From positions 62,992,001 through 63,056,000 of the forward strand of contig NC_043007.1 in assembly GCF_006345805.1 (NCBI RefSeq): a DNA stretch of 64,000 nucleotides, in the 5' to 3' direction. This document shows positions 63,401 to 64,000 of this stretch, one piece after another; the stretch's first letter is position 1; each line of letters begins with the position of its first letter. The DNA is from Octopus sinensis. Its lineage: Eukaryota. The notes under the pieces are model-generated. The model did not search any database. It was not told the origin of the DNA and was given only the letters and a program-made list of their open reading frames with translations. The translations under genes were made by a program, and so were the position numbers.

Positions 63401-64000
63401 ACTACCTCCGTTGCTCATCTACTCAAATACAATATGCATCCATCCACAGCCACTCGTAATAGGAAATTTCATTCTTATTCTAATGTTGAATGAGAATTTT
63501 GTATATAACGATATTTTAGATCTTTAAATAATCTATAGTAATATTACATATTGTCTCATTATGGATCTCATATTTACTATATGAACTAGCTTTATTAATT
63601 TGTTCAAAGCCAAAATTAATTTAGTGTTTTGTTTCTTTTTTCTTTTACTCTTTATTTATCATAATGTTCCTACTTGGCTCATCTTCAATTGTCGGTATTC
63701 AGTCCATCATTGTTGAACATTTCACAAGAAGCAAAATCAGCTGTTATCTTGCACTTGAAGTTTATCTTTAACAGCTTCTCTCAACTAGCACTATAAATGG
63801 GCCAAATTCTCCCAGCTGCTTGGCTTCATGCCAGCTTCGCTCTCTACTGGCAAACAATAGCAAGCTGGATGTATTGTGTAGTGAAAGTACATCAACTGAA
63901 TTCTTCAGTAATTTTATATCATAGGAAATTATTCTTCTACTTACACATACTTTTGTCCTAAAATGTCTAATTTTTAAAAAAAAGGTAAATCACTGATATA

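Noticed and set aside
62835-63493. Long repetitive ORFs on both strands
   Set aside because: Explained by 18- and 24-nt minisatellite units. Phase-0 entry after any unit's AG lands in the frame with TAG in the next unit.

Overview
AT-rich, repeat-dense animal genomic DNA, most likely an octopus. The organism call is inference from tRNA-derived SINEs and TTAA-flanked MITEs I recall from Octopus genomes. One gene runs through the window on the + strand: an Ena/VASP (enabled) family actin regulator. Three in-frame exons are well supported: 8558-8666, 56653-56717 and 58941-59275, the last carrying poly-proline and the EVH2 G-actin-binding motif GLAEALQKAKLKSVAR. They are separated by a ~48 kb and a ~2.2 kb intron. 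The EVH1 exons and the remaining EVH2 exons are not visible here. The introns hold decayed mariners, MITEs, piggyBac and MULE remnants, several LINE clades, Helitron-like ends, SINEs and a 24-bp minisatellite. The most interesting signal is missed by the ORF track: a set of candidate microexons (30, 12, 15, 9 and 3 nt) with proper AG/GT ends, most with a nearby UGC motif and a phase that fits the flanking exons. The 12-nt one sits where vertebrate Mena has its 4-aa '++' insert, the 30-nt one would create an RRNS PKA motif, and the 3-nt one would build a stop codon across a splice junction. All microexon and alternative-exon calls are predictions from sequence alone and need RNA evidence.
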